The notes beneath the pieces were generated by a model. It was given only the letters and a program-made list of their open reading frames with translations. It did no database searches and was not told the origin of the DNA. DNA of 64,000 nucleotides from NCBI GenBank assembly GCA_907165135.1, contig OU015569.1:2294001-2358000 (forward strand). The letters are read 5' to 3'. Source of the DNA: Oikopleura dioica (taxonomy: Eukaryota > Animalia > Chordata). Both the position numbers and the translations under genes were made by a program. Below are positions 35,401 through 48,850 of this stretch, one piece after another (the first letter of the stretch is position 1; every line of letters starts with the position of its first letter).

Positions 35401-37950
35401 CATGCAGCATCATCATCTTTCCGACTCGGACGAATTTCAATATCCCAGCCTGATCGCGAACTCGGCCGCTCAGGAGAAACACTTCGGCCCCACTTACTGG
35501 ATCTCTCAGGAGAGCGACTTGGTATTATCCAACCGCTTTCCTTCTTTTCGCTGGAACGTTTTTCGCGACTTCTCTCGCTCTTCCTCTTCGATTGGCTCTC
35601 AGCAGAAGATGATCGCTCTCTCGAGCTTGTTCTTTCTTCTGCGTTCAAGCTTCTTCGGCTTTTTCTTTCATCGACAAAAAGCGGGTGATCTCGCTCATGT
35701 TTTCGATCTTTTCGTGCATCTTCCCGACTTCGACGTTTTCCTCGCTCTTCTCGTCGATCAACGTGACTTCTCTGTTCTTCATGTCTTCGTTCTCTGCGTT
35801 TTTCCTCTTTTCTTCTGGTTTCTTCACTTCTTTGCTGATCTGCCTTGAACCACGAGATCTCTCTTGAATCCCGGCGCTCTTTTCCTTGATCCCATTCTCT
35901 TGTTCTCTCTGGAGAGGGCTCCCGCACAGGGCGTACAGACCATGCTCTCGACGATCCTTCTCTCTTTACGCTTACGCTGGTATCAGTTCCGACTTCAGTT
36001 ATAGAGGTCTTCTTTTCCATCTGGTCAGATCTCATACCAATCGACTTCCGACGCTTCGAAATACGTTTTGGCATTAAATTGAAAACAACTGGAGCCACCG
36101 GGCTTGGTGATGAGACTGGGACCGGGGTCTCAGCAGGCGTAGTTCCTCCTGCAGTTTTAACTTCTTCAGTACATTTGGGAGCGCATTCTTCCGGTGAGGT
36201 TTCTCTCTCTTGCGAAGATTCATTTCCCAAGCATTCTTCTCGCTTTATAATGGAGCAATCAACATGATTTGGCTTCTCGGCAAGAGGATCATCTGGCTCC
36301 TCTGAAGATTGTCGCTCTTCTTCATTCTTCGTCGCTTGAACCAGTTCAACTGCAGCCCTGCACTCCTTCAAGAGCTTGTCTATTTGGTCTGGACTTTGAG
36401 GTAAGAAAAAACCGTGATTTTTCTCCGGACTTTCGTCTAGTTTTTCTTCGCTTTCATCCATCTGCACATCTTCTTGGACAAAAGCCTCAACTTCTTGACT
36501 CATGGTTTCAATAGCTACTCGATCATTTTTGTCCTCTGGATCATTCATTTCTTGATATTCAGGCAGGATAGGAAAATTCTGAAAATGCTCTTCGAGAGTT
36601 GTTTTGGTAGATTCAGTCACAACGGAGTCGACAATGCCGTCCATGATTTTTTCCTCTAGAGATTTTTCTTGTACTTTTCTCTCAGCTTCCGTCATATTCT
36701 CGGCAGTTTCACCGGCAGAAGTAACCTCATGAGACTCTTTTGTCGTTTCCTGATCGTTCGAAACCGACACCATCTCAGGAACTTCATCAGCGGGAATTTC
36801 CGATTGTTCAATATCAGCTTCAGCCACTGTTTCTTCTTGAAATGGCTCAATTCTAACTGGATCGCTGTCAGCTACCGCTACTTCGTTGCTAAATTTCCAC
36901 TTTAGTCAGCAAGAAAATGGATAGTATTAACCTAGACTCAGTTTGATCATTAAAAGTTTCTGTAAACTGAAGATTATGCATTGCCAGTGCTTCTCGAATG
37001 ACCTTCTTTTCAACCGGCGAAAGTTCCACTTTGCTTGATTCTTTCCCATCATTTGTTACCGGCTGATTACTTTCCAAATTGAACTTCGAATTAAGTGCTT
37101 CTCGCAAGGTATCTCTGGCCAGTGTTATTCTAGCTCGTAGAAATTTCCTGCGTAAGAATAAGTTCAACTCGATAGATTCAATAATTTTTTTTCGTTTTAT
37201 TCACAAAAGTAACGTCGACATTTAACATTTAAGAACACTGATCCTAACATTTAATTGAATTGAAGAAGTTCCTTCTTCACTAACTGCATTTCGCATTTCG
37301 GCATCGTTGTATTCGCGGCATTGAAGAGCAGGAACAGGTGATGAACTTGTTTCGGGCAGATCCGCGTCTTCTTCCTCGTCTGGGATTTCATAGATGAAGT
37401 CGTTCGGATCCTGAGGGTCGGGTAACTCGCGTTTTATTTTCTCTTGATTCTGGTTTTGGTTTTTGTCGATTTGAGTTGATTTGGAAGAGCAAGCTTCTGA
37501 AGAATCAGTTTCGTCAGTAATCGAGTGAACAAGCTGCTCATCTGCGTTCTCGACGCTGTCCGCTTCTGGCACGAAGAGATCCTCTTCGGAGCCAATTGCA
37601 ATCTTCGCCACGTACTTTTCGAACTCGATCACATCGTTGTAGTTTTCGACTTCGAAGATGGGAATCCACCTCTCCTCGCCATCCTTCATCACGTGATAGT
37701 GCGTCACGCGGTTGATCAATCGTCGAGCTTTGATCGCCAAGTTCTTTTTCTTTCTTTTCCGCAGCTTTTTTACTGGTGGCTCCAAAGCTTTCTGTGGGTC
37801 CGCATTTTCGTCGCTAAGAAAAAGAAGAAATTAGTTTTTCTGCTGAAAAATTGCAGCTTACGATATTTTGTCTGGCCGCTTGTTTCTCGACATTGTCGAT
37901 GGCAGTGGCGGAACTTTGAAGGGACTACTAGAATGCGAAATCGATTCCAT
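32404..37950 (-). CDS. ~1,700-aa low-complexity protein with a C-terminal HP1/CBX-type chromodomain and an N-terminal degenerate chromo-like segment
   Basis: ORFs at 37785, 37167, 36827, 33858, 33080 and 32604 plus the 33415-33105 exon splice into one frame. EYEVE|KILNKRVRLGKVEYEVKWVGYNSSENTWE has the Y/W/Y aromatic cage. AATAAA follows on the minus strand near 32342. Confidence 0.72.
34162..35532 (-). repeat. Intragenic duplication of ~130 bp (34162-34294 and 35410-35532) in the chromodomain gene
   Basis: Both copies share CCCACTTACTGGATCTCTCAGGAGAG and encode GW(I/V)IP..SPERSSKW.RSVS..P.SR..(W/C)DIE.RPS. Confidence 0.85.
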
Positions 37951-38149
37951 GGTCAAGGAATGATCGAGCGAGCAAGAAGTCGAGCATCAAATGCGATTTT
38001 CTTCGAATCTTCGAGTTCGATTTCAAATTGCTTCAATCTAAAATTCGAGCCTTCCTTAATTCTGTGTCTGTTAGTTCTTACGCCCAACTGTTCGACATAA
38101 ATAAATTCGCTGTTTCCAGTGAATCAAGATTACGTGGGGATTGAGCACT

Positions 38150-38870
38150 CTAACATGTAGCCGAATTCTGAACTGAAACGTAGTTACTAGTTGCTGAGTC
38201 ACTGTGGTAACTTCTGGCTAGAGCGTTTTTAGTAATTCCGCCAGCGGCTGAACGCTCGTTTACGTTTATGCCTTTCGTTGGGTTCACGCAGCGTAACCAT
38301 GACGCAAAGTGAAGGGATGAGAAGCTAGCACGAGTTAGACTGATGATCAGATTCGTTCGCCCATTTACGCGGAACAACAAATCAACGAGATTGAATTGGG
38401 GAGTTTGGATCACTCATTAAACAATCATGAAAGAATAGATAAAATAAAACAGCTGGGTTAGGGTTAGGACTTCGTGAAGAGGCATAGTAGAAGCACAGAG
38501 TGAAGTTGGGCTACGAAGAAAAATCATTATTCTAGGCTCAGCAATTCGACTACAGTAGAATTTCTACTAGATAGAAGAGAATAGAAATAAGAGAGCTCTC
38601 AAATAAAATTAAAAAATAGGGAGTCGAGTAGGAAAGTCTTCCGTCTTAGTCCCTCTTGTTCAATTACCGTGAAATAGCAGATCGTAGACATTGTGTCACA
38701 TTTTTTTATTATGGCTTTTGTTTTTGGCAATGGAGAGACGGGATCGCCCGGGGCACTTTCTGGGTCGGGGACGAACATACTTTTCACTATTTCAACTTGT
38801 GTTTCTCTCAACAAATTCCAGAGCCGCTTTATTTTTTCCTCCGCGCGCCGATGGGTTAAGCCCGCGGGAA
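38150..38870 (-). CDS. Possible hypothetical multi-exon gene upstream of the chromodomain gene
   Basis: Protein-like open stretches (KIKRLWNLLRETQVEIVKSMFVPDP, ending at a GTAATT donor; FNLVDLLFRVNGRTNLIISL). Not fully phased. Confidence 0.3.
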
Positions 38871-39951
38871 TCAGTTAAATCGTGCACTTTGTCTTTCTGT
38901 TTATTATTTTTAAAAGAGAAGGGCTGAAAACTGAAGGAATTCGAAAAATATAAAAAAAGAGAGGATTGCTGCTTAATCATTGATGACGTAATGCTGACGT
39001 GTTGTTTCAATTCTCCTTTCGAGTTGTGTTCAATTCGAAGCTGGGCTTGGGGATCAAGCCGCCTCGAGCCCGAAAAGCCAAAAAGAATTGAATTGAATTC
39101 AAAATTTTCAAATTTGAAATTTCGAAGATCAAAGAAGATTTTTTATCGTTGCGTTATCTATTTTTTCTACTTTCGTTTTAGTTTGGGAGAGGCTGCTTGA
39201 GTCATAAAGAAAAAAAAGATCAAACTCGTAAACCTAGACCAGACATTTTTTATCGATCAAGTAAAAAAAAGAGATTGGACCGAAGATCACCTCGTCTTTC
39301 CCTTCGAAAAATCTTCCCCCAAATGTAAGATCTTCTCTAGCTTGTGTCACTGTCCTTTTTTACAAGCAGCTGTTATTTATATTGACCGTTTATTTAAAAA
39401 ATACTGATTTCTTTTTACAAGATTTCAAAAGATCAAATCTGCCATTAAAATTGATAGGCCGGATATTCAGTCACCTCGAAAATCTTCCCTCACGAACTTT
39501 TACTTTACGACTCTACTAGTAGTCAACTCCGTGACCAACAATACGACAATAGTGTTCGAGAGTGACTGTTTTTTTTTCAAACTTTCCGATTATTTCAAAC
39601 TTAGTTAAAATAGGAAATTCATATTTTGAGATTTCGTTTGCGATAGCATCTGGAATCAACATCTGTAGATTCTGCACTAACAGATATTCCAAAAGAAAAA
39701 AACATCTATCGAGCAAAATTCAGAAGTTCAGTTGAGCATTTCGTTTTTTTTGCGTTGAAAACAACACGCTCTTTAGTTCCTTCATTGAGAATTTCATTGC
39801 AAAATTGGGCATTGTTGAATTTACAATTCGAATTCAAAACAGGAAATTGAAATAAAGAGAAAGCGAAAGTGTAAGCTCCACGTGAGCCATAGAACATTCC
39901 GCTAGAAATAGTAGAATTACTTCTGTTTGTGCGAGTTCCTCTATGTTTGCC

Positions 39952-39966
39952 GAGAGAGAGAGAGAG
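39952..39966. repeat. (GA)7 microsatellite
   Basis: GAGAGAGAGAGAGAG read directly. Confidence 0.9.
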
Positions 39967-40317
39967 TGGCTTCAGTTCAGAGTCAAGGGCAGAGACGAGC
40001 AGACTGAACTGGCCCGTTCTCGAATATTATTAAAAATACTCTGTTTGTCAAACATCAATATTTGAACTGTTCAAATATTTAACTTTTACGTTATTTTTTC
40101 GATGAAATATGAAAATTATTCATTACTTACCATATCCAGCTCTTTCTTTAGCGTTCTATTATTTTTACATGATTTTTTAACTGAGATTCTATCATTTTAA
40201 ACGAAGGCTAGAATAGGTACGGTTTCTCTTTCGATAGTCTCTATCGATTCCGGAGCACTGAAAAGTTAATTCGAAGTTAAAAGTTTCTTTTTTAGAAATT
40301 TATATGTATATTATTCC

Positions 40318-43112
40318 ATGGCTCGCTGTCGAATCGAATACGTACTCGGCGACCTAGTTGATAACTTCTCAGAAGATCCGCCTGAATCTAGAGTAGCTAG
40401 GGTACGCAAAGAATTCCTCGAATATGGACTCGAGCTCCCGCATTTACAAGGTGAGAGGACCGATTTATTGATATTTTCAAGTGACTTATCGATGCTCCTT
40501 TTAGTCCAGCACTAAAACTCGAGAATCCGCACGCGTCTAATAATAAAGGATGATAATGATAAATTAATCTTATGATATTTCTAGCGAGCGATGTAACCAG
40601 TGCAAAAGCATTTCTCCGCTGTCTAGCCTTATGGCGAGGAAAAAGTCCGAGAGAGAATTCTATCGATAAAGCTGCAAATAACGAAACAGCGAGTGGGCCA
40701 GAAAACGCAATAGCAACAGCTGTGGCGATTGAAAACTCGTCAGAAAACGATGAAGTGGCGCGGGAAGAAGCGGGACCGTCTGTTCAGATTTCTGACCAGC
40801 CTGACGATGACTTTTACGTTCCAGGAGATGATGTTCCGATCGACAAGATTCTAGGCTTCGAAAAGCTGCAAGAGCTGCCGGTCACAGGAGCGGGTTCAGA
40901 CGATTTTTGACAATTCAAAATGCAAACATGCTCTTTTATAAATTTCAATAAAATTGATAAACCGATCGTTCTTTACCCTTTTGTTAGACGAGAAAGCAAG
41001 CAACGATCAAGAAATGTCGACGATCGAGTCCGAGCTTGACGTCGAAGTCGAAATGATCGAAAGCCTGGCGGTCGAAAAATGGGCAGAAGTGGACAAGAAA
41101 GAGCTTCGTCGCGTTGGAAGCTTTTCCGACATGTCAAAAGTCGACATTCGCTTCAGTTTTCCAGAGCGCGACGTCGACGGCGAACTCCAAATTGACGAAG
41201 ATGCGTTAGAGGTCAGTCGAAGCAGTGCGCTAACGAGAGGAAAACTGTTGTTTTAGGATGGTGAATTGGTCTCGGAAGACGAAAAGTCGACCAAATCGGA
41301 GAATGCAAAAGAAGAAGTCCCGAAAGTTGAGCCATACGCTCCTTTCTACAGAAAGATTGAGAAGAATGAAAGTAGACGCTGTAAAACAGCTTTTGATGAA
41401 CGAACGACAGTCGAAGAAGATTTCTACGCTGAGATTAGAGAAAAACGGTAAGAATCATCGCATATTTGACTGTTGCTTGATTGTTGCATGATATTATTAG
41501 GAAGAACTTCCGTGAAATGCAAAGGCTAAAGCACGAACTGCAGGAGTCCAGGAAAAAGGCAGAAGAAGAAAGAATTCGCCGCGAAATGGAGGCACAAAAC
41601 GCAGAAATCACAGATTTAACCGGGAGTGAGCCCAACTCGCGGGATGACTCGCGCCCCTTTTGTAAAGGTATGGATCCTCTCTTTACTCCAACTTCTTAGT
41701 TCGATTTTCTAGTTCCGCCAACAAAGATCTTGTTTAACAAGCAACGCAGCAGTAGTTCTTCTTCCAGGTCGCCTATTACGCACATTGGGAAGCCGATCAC
41801 CATTCAAGTTCCACGACAAAACGTCAGGTAATTTTCAAAATTCGACTATTCTCGCCTTCAATGATGCGAGTTTAGTCCTATGCGGGGACTCCACCGTTTC
41901 GTCGACCAGATCTCAAAGCCTGCGCATAACGAGCCACCATCCCCGGTTCCCAAGAGCTTCCATCCGAGCCCGTTTCATTTCAACCACCGACCGGAGCAGC
42001 ATTTTGCTCCGCCCCATGTCCGCCCCATCAAAGAAACGCAGTTTAAAGAAACCCCCGATCAGACGAACATTCGGCTCAACTTCGACGCGTTCGAAATCTT
42101 ACTCAAGGATCCCTTCCGCTTCCACAACATTGAATTTGGCGATTCTAGATGTCATCTGTTCAAGAAAGCGAACGATTCTGATGCCGATCTGTATCCAAGT
42201 GCGGAATTCTTCACCGCAAGATTTCAAGGATTTGGTAAGCCAGTAAAACCGACTTCCTCGTGACCCTTCTTAGATCATAAGTTCTGCAGACTGGTGATAA
42301 ACTACTTGGAAGATTGCACCCTCCCGAATTCTTGCTATAGAAGAGACTGCTCCATCCATGTCTGGTAAACTATCACTTTGTATTGTCATTTTCTTAATTG
42401 ATAAAATGTCAGGAAACAATACGAAATCGAGCACTGCATTCCCTATAAGAGAAAGTCGCAAATCGACTATCGAATCTCCCGCAGCGCCGGTCACAATCAC
42501 CCGGTGAAAGTTGGCACGACGACAGAAGTCACCATCGTAAGTTTATTTCAAGCTATGCTTTGTAACTTTCAATTATTAAGTCGGCGAGCGACGTGTTCAA
42601 CTTCAACGGGTACGTCGCCAAGCACATGCCAAACACGGACACGAGTGATTGTGTCAAAACGATTCTTGGTCGCCCAGTTCCGCTGATCATTATTCACGCG
42701 CTCGTTTCCCTCCGCGGGGCCATCAAATCGGTAAAATGTCGCACATTTTCTTCGCATAGAACTTGAATTTTAGGCGAGCATCGAAGACTGGCGTGAGATC
42801 GCTTTGGAATTGGACATTATTCAGCCTTGGCCTACTCCCTTCGGGGGCAAGACTTTCGCCATGCAGATGATCGACGGAGTCAAGCACTTCACGAGAGAGG
42901 AGTACTCCAATCTTCTAGGCCACGTCGTCCGGGAACTCTCCCAGTACTACTCGTACGTATCTCCTTCACTTTCCCTTCCTACTTTCGAGTTCAGGCACTT
43001 CCAGCCGCTGTGCAAGACGATAACGCTGAACCAGACTGAAACGACGAAAAAGCATCCAATGCAATCAGGGATCGGCAACGAGGCGCAGTTCGCAAAGCGT
43101 CAGCGTCTATAG
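40318..43112 (+). CDS. Hypothetical multi-exon protein (acidic/coiled-coil N-half, Cys/His-containing globular C-half)
   Basis: About a dozen exons separated by ~40-100-nt GT-AG introns; phases checked for the 3' exons through FAKRQRL-stop. No family recognised. Confidence 0.68.
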
Positions 43113-44102
43113 CGCCGCCGTTTTTAATAAGTTAATTAGAAACACAAGCAACAATTGCCTATCTAACTAAACCCAGCCGGCTTTTGTACAGTACTAATGC
43201 ATTTATGTAAACTGAAATGCGGAAGAGGGTCCACTTCCGTTTGTTTCAAGGGCCGATCTTTTAAAACCTAACCGAGCTTACATTCACCGCGAGTGCAACT
43301 CTGCAACAGCCTTTGCTTTCCAACATTTTCTGTAAAAACAACAAAAGTAAATCAGTTCGCCAAGAAACTTCCTGTGTGTCTTCCCGTATGTATGACTAAC
43401 TTCGTCGAACAAGGTGAACGTGGTTTGCTGCTTCTTTATACTAATGTTTACTTGATTAATATGAATGCAACTTATTTCTAATAATTAATAATAATAACTA
43501 GTATTACAAAATCAATTCTCAGCAGTGATAAATAATAATTATCAGATTTAATAAGAATATTATTAATATCAATAATTGATTTTGTTAATTCTAATTTTTA
43601 AGTTATTATTATTTATTGATGATAAAAAAAGCAAAAAAGAATACAACAAAACTAGATTACCCAATAATTCATAATTCGTGCTCCTCGACAATGCAGTACC
43701 CGCTTTCAAAATCACCAAATCATAACCATTGCACCCGGTCTTATAATTCGACTTGATTTGCGAACGATGTTTCTGGTGCTACCCAAAATATCCATCTCAC
43801 TTATCTGCTTCGCGCCTTTCTCTTTCTCAAGGATTTTCATTTCTTTCTTGTTATGATTGTTTTTAAGTTTCCGAAGATAAACCTACCCGCCTTATTATTT
43901 ATGTTAAGTTTATATAAATAAACAGATAACTACTTGCATTCTTGAGCTATGTGGAGTTTTATTGCAGGCACGAGAGAGGCACTCGACTTCGCGTTTTCAA
44001 AGGCAACATTGGTCTAGCTACATAACAGTGAAGAAATTCTCGGACGGTCACTTGTATAACATCGATTTTGACTTGCTTATTCTAAGATTCTAGCGGCTGC
44101 TT

Positions 44103-46056
44103 CTACAGATTTCTAATCGGGTCGCTTTCGGAAGTGAACTGATATAGGCATAAGCGCTGGTCTCTCACGTCGCCCCATCCTCCATTCGCTGAATTATCGT
44201 TTGAGAACTTTGACTCCTCAGGAATTTTGTTTGCATGGTATCTTTTACCTTTGAGCTTGGGGTACTTTGTCGGGCCGGTGTTTGAGAGATGAGATATTTT
44301 GGAAAAGAGAAGTTCCTTGGATGATGAAAGGGTCTTCTCTACGAATTCTAGAGCGCCTGTAAGATTACAGGAGTGAGACTTGGAATGGTAACCGCAGTCC
44401 CCGCCCATGTGGTAGATCCTGGGCATCACAGGGAAAATAACTTTCCACTTTTGTTCGACAGCGAGCGCCATGAGACTGAAATCAACGATGATTCCAGCCA
44501 AAAGATTCAAACAAAAACCTGAAGTCCCAATTATAATCGTCGTAGAAACAGTACTTAGACGAGTGAAGCTTCAAATTCTCGTAAAAACTTCTGTCGACAA
44601 TCATTCCCATGTTGTGCTGACCAGATATCCAGACTCCAGTTCTCAGATAGTCCGTTTTGTAATTAGGCGCGGTCTTCGACTTGATGTACGTTCCCAATGT
44701 TCCAACCATAAAATCCTGCGGTTTTATTGAAATGTTATTTCGCCCTTGGATAAAAACCTTTGACTCTCGAATAACTGGAACGATGGAGTTTTGAATCTGC
44801 CAGAGAGCATCTTCAGCCAAGAAATGATCGTCTTCTAGGAGAAGAACAGTGTTAATGTCTTCCCGGTTGAAAATATAGTTGAGCTTCCAAGTCCAATGGA
44901 GCTTGATCTGACTGTATTTGACCTCTCTGTTCACTGTTTTCAATTGAATCATTCATCAGATTCATCATCAGCATAATTAAAAAACAATGCCTGAAATGGC
45001 CATACTTATCGGCCTTCGCCTCCTTGTTGCAGTTTACGTCAGCCGCCATCTTCGAATCTGAATTTATTATTTACAATGTGGCAGAACTTTATAGATTCAA
45101 CTTGAATAATGCAGAATTAAAAATATAGATTATATACTCAAGAGCGTTCAGTCAATCCGCATTAATTATAGATTACCGACTTTTAGATGTCACTTATGAT
45201 TGAAACTCTTTCCTCTTACCTTTTGGGCAATCGTTCGGGCTCTGCGCGGGGAATTGATCCTGAAACGCGGATTTAACTTTGAGTATCTTGCACATCGAGA
45301 ATACCTTGTAGAATGCCATACTGAAGGGATGATGAATGATTGCAAGTTGACAGAAATGGACATTTGTCTTGAGGTAGTCTTCGATTTCCGGAATGAGTGT
45401 ATCAAGCGAGATGACAAGCAGGCTCTTCTGGATTCCCCTGACCGATTTCAAGGAATCAAGGAGGACTTTTAAAAGATCCAGGCGATCGTGAACTTATTAA
45501 AGCTTAAACGACGTGGGCACAAAATGATGTACCTTGAACTAAGATGGTTATGAAATCATCGTCGAGAACGTGGTAGTCATTGTAAATCTGGAAGCTCTCA
45601 TTTTCGCTATTTACAAAATACCGCTTCTTCTTCAGCTGTTCTTGCTCCTCATTGTCCTCTACTGGCAAATCGGGCAAATTTTGATGGACAAAGGCACGCC
45701 AGAGATCATCGTCTTTTCTTGAGTTGTAGTAAGGCTCGGCTGAAATCAAATAAATTGATGCTCTTACTGATTTCCTACCTGTGGGGGTATGATAGACATG
45801 AGACACAGTTCCTCCGGAGGAAAACCGTCGATTCTCATCAATCTACATTTCGAGTAATTTGAGAAAATCGAGAAACAATCACTCACCGCGTTTTCTACTT
45901 GCCTCTTCCTATAATTCGCGATGTCTATTCGAACCAGAGTGGCCACAAACAGTAATATGCTCCAGATAAATAAGTAAACAAGAAGCTACAAAAGCGATAA
46001 TTATTGAATTTCGCTGGCTGCTATTATTCAACCTTTATTGAGCATCTTGCAAGCAT
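44103..46056 (-). CDS. MGAT2: Alpha-1,6-mannosyl-glycoprotein 2-beta-N-acetylglucosaminyltransferase (GnT-II)
   Basis: Type II anchor (MLARCSIK|LLVYLFIWSILLF), VQ|VHDR, YGHFR|EVKYSQIKLHWTWKL, LLEDDH, QHNMG, CFYDDYNWD, PRIYHMGGDCG, NGGWGDVRDQRLC. Confidence 0.93.
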
Positions 46057-47181
46057 CGATTGAGAAGTCTACTCATAGTTCGATTACGTTCGTCAAAGGT
46101 GGCTTTGCATTCTTCGTAATCTAGAAATTACATTATTTTTTCTCTCATTCTTCTTGATAGCGGGACGATCGTAAATTAGGGTTAGCTAAACGAGGTTGTA
46201 TTTCCGCGAGGCGGCAATCGTAAAAGCCCTAATCGGGACTAAAGTAACCGAACAGTAGACTGCCGAGGGCAGGAATAATTACGTTAAATTAAAGTCGCTA
46301 TTGTTGAGTTAGAGTTCTTCCTGTTCTCTTTACGTTTTGAATGGTAAGTTTCATTGCGGGCGGGGTGCTTTATGCTCGCAACTTCATTCATTACGTAAAG
46401 AGGGAGGGGATAATTTCTCTTCAATAATTCATTCCGAATTGAGTGAAATTGCAGCACTTACGAAACGTAACGCCATTAAAATAGCGCTGTGGATTTGAAG
46501 TAGTATTATTTTCTGAAAGAGGAAATATCTCTAATTGAGTGGAGATTATCGAAAATAGAATTTGACGAGCGCGCGTAGACACCAAACGGCGCGTAACAAT
46601 TCTCCCTTATTATTTATTGAGAGTCGCCTCGAGGTGGTGCTGGACGACGATCGAGGAGGATCGACGGACACTCATAACGCTCGATTTTCGTCTTCAATAA
46701 TTCAACCCTCTAATAGACTCACACTCAGACTCTCGTCGGCCTATGTAATAAGGAATAATATTTTTATTCCAGCGGATGATTCGCCCCACTCCCTCTGGGA
46801 CCCTATTTCAGGATGCATACGCCAAAATATCTTTATCGACGATCAATTATAATCAAACGCGAGGATTAAGGAGCTTAACCTCGCCAAAGGGATCAAACGT
46901 TTGAAACAAATATTGCATTTATAGCTTGAGAAGATCTTTACTTTGAATCCCATATTATTTGGCGGATAGACGCCCTTTAGCTTGAACTCTTACCAATTCT
47001 AGAATCTAGAGAGTTCGCCGGGAGCGGCGATGCTTTCTCGAATGTTTTTTTTTCGCTGAAAATTAGTTTCGAGAATTGGCTGCGAAAGAATCTCGGCCGG
47101 CCTGTTTCTTCAGTTTGAGTTTTTACTCCTTCGGAAGACAACATATTTTTTGAGCTTCTGCAACGATTTGAGTGAGACAAG

Positions 47182-47867
47182 ATGGCTAACTTCGAGTCCG
47201 TATGCAAAGCGCTCGAAAATGTCAAGAGTCTGTACGAACAGGAAATAAAGAGAGTCAAGGATGAACATGAAGAAGAAATTAAGAAACTCGAGGATGCCCA
47301 CCAAAATGAAAAATGGACGCTAAATGCTTCCATTGAGGGGTTGAGGCGCGGAATGGAAGACAATTGGAGTGCATGGAAGATTTCAGAGGTATTTAAATTT
47401 TTTTTTTTTACAATTGTAAACTTTAATTAAATTTGTAAATTATGTTAAGAGTGCATACAAAAGATGCTTGGATGAGAAAATAGAGGTGGAGCGAAAACTG
47501 AAGGTATCGGAGGCCCAACGTATCGAATCGGGCAAAAAGCTTGAGGGATTGGGCAAAACAACTGAGGAACTGCGAAGCCAAGTGGAGGATCTCAAACAGA
47601 AACAGTACGATTTACTCTTTTAGCTCATTCTAATGATTTTAAAGACGAATGAGCGAATCGGACAAGGAGGTTGAAAAGGCGATGGAGGCTTTGATGAAAG
47701 CGTATGAAGCGGTAAGCTACTTAGAGTTTTTTAGACTATGTTTATAGTCAGTAATTAGTCATTGAATCAGACTTAATTACTCGTTTTAGAAAAAAGCTGC
47801 GGAAGACAAAGAAGAAGGCGGCCAAGTAGAAGCTGGCCCAGAACGAAAGAAGCGACGTACTCGCTGA
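47182..47867 (+). CDS. Hypothetical ~165-aa coiled-coil protein, 4 exons, basic NLS-like C-terminus
   Basis: Three GT-AG introns keep frame; heptad-like E/K-rich sequence; ends PERKKRRTR-stop. Confidence 0.65.
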
Positions 47868-48850
47868 TTGAAAACGCCGCGGAAAAATAAAGAATTTTAT
47901 TTGAGAATAAATGAAAAATACGAATCGACACCTAATTATCAAGAAGGAAAGGCAACAACAGCAGGGAAAATATCAAAATTATTGACGAAAATGCAAAAGC
48001 CGCAGTTTGCATTTAGCATGATACATACTGTTATAAAGCAGGCGCTTCTTAAAGTCAACTCTTTGGCGAATTTCGAATATCTATCAGACGACTAGTTTAC
48101 ACAATCGAGCGATATCGTTCTGCTGCTGTCAGTTCTCTGACGCTTGCAAACAAAATCTGCAAGACTCTGTACTCACTTATCTGTAATTGCTTTTCTAAGC
48201 TGCGAAATGTTTCTATTTTCCGTAAGCTCACCTCAAAGTTCTCTTCTATGATTTCTGTTGGCAATTTTCTTTGTTTATTGGTACTCTTCGTTTCTCTTCA
48301 AAGTCCTAGTAGATATTCTTTTTGACTTGTTTGGAGCCAAGCAAAATATCAGCCCGAAGTCAGATAAGCCTGTTTTATGGACAAAAAACGTGACATTTCT
48401 CGGGCTGAATAATTTCTCGAAGCGCGGGATTCCACACGATTCCTACAAAAAACATTTGCTCTTGATGTTTTATTTTATTTATTTTAAACAATCTTCTGAC
48501 ACTATTAAAGACTCTGGGTCGAGTCGTTTGAACTTTTAATTTAAAGATATGAAGCGCAGATTTGAAATATTAAATTGATCGTTCACATGGATAAGGAAAT
48601 TAATAAACGCTAGAGTATTTTTAATGTTTTCTTGTCGGCGAGACAATTGGTGCATGGCAACAATTGCTTGGTGCATGGCATTTTGCTTGTCAAAAATTTC
48701 CGGAGTAACCTTCAGCGAAATTATGAGCTCGATGACATTTATGTTCGTTTTTTTGTAGGTCTTTGAGCAGTGAGTTTGAGCGTTTTGGCAAGCATAATTA
48801 TGTTTATTAATGATATCCCACATTGGGAAATGATTAAGCTTGAAGGGAGT

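Noticed and set aside
33932-36905. Many 60-190-aa plus-strand ORFs
   Set aside because: Shadows of the 983-aa minus-strand exon; Phe/Ser/Leu-rich composition is what antisense of E/K/R codons gives.
38455-38468. GGGTTAGGGTTAGG, two telomere-like repeats
   Set aside because: Only two units, and the minus strand reads as Pro-Asn-Pro-Asn-Pro in a possible exon.
46176-46185. CTAACCCTAA on the minus strand, resembling a TTAGGG telomerase RNA template, near small GAG-loop hairpins
   Set aside because: It can pair with a nearby ATTAGGG, which would sequester a template; no pseudoknot-like U-rich segment follows; and MGAT2 begins about 120 nt downstream.
48536-48823. 95-aa minus-strand ORF
   Set aside because: AT-rich, no motif, no confirmed splice partners; left uncalled.
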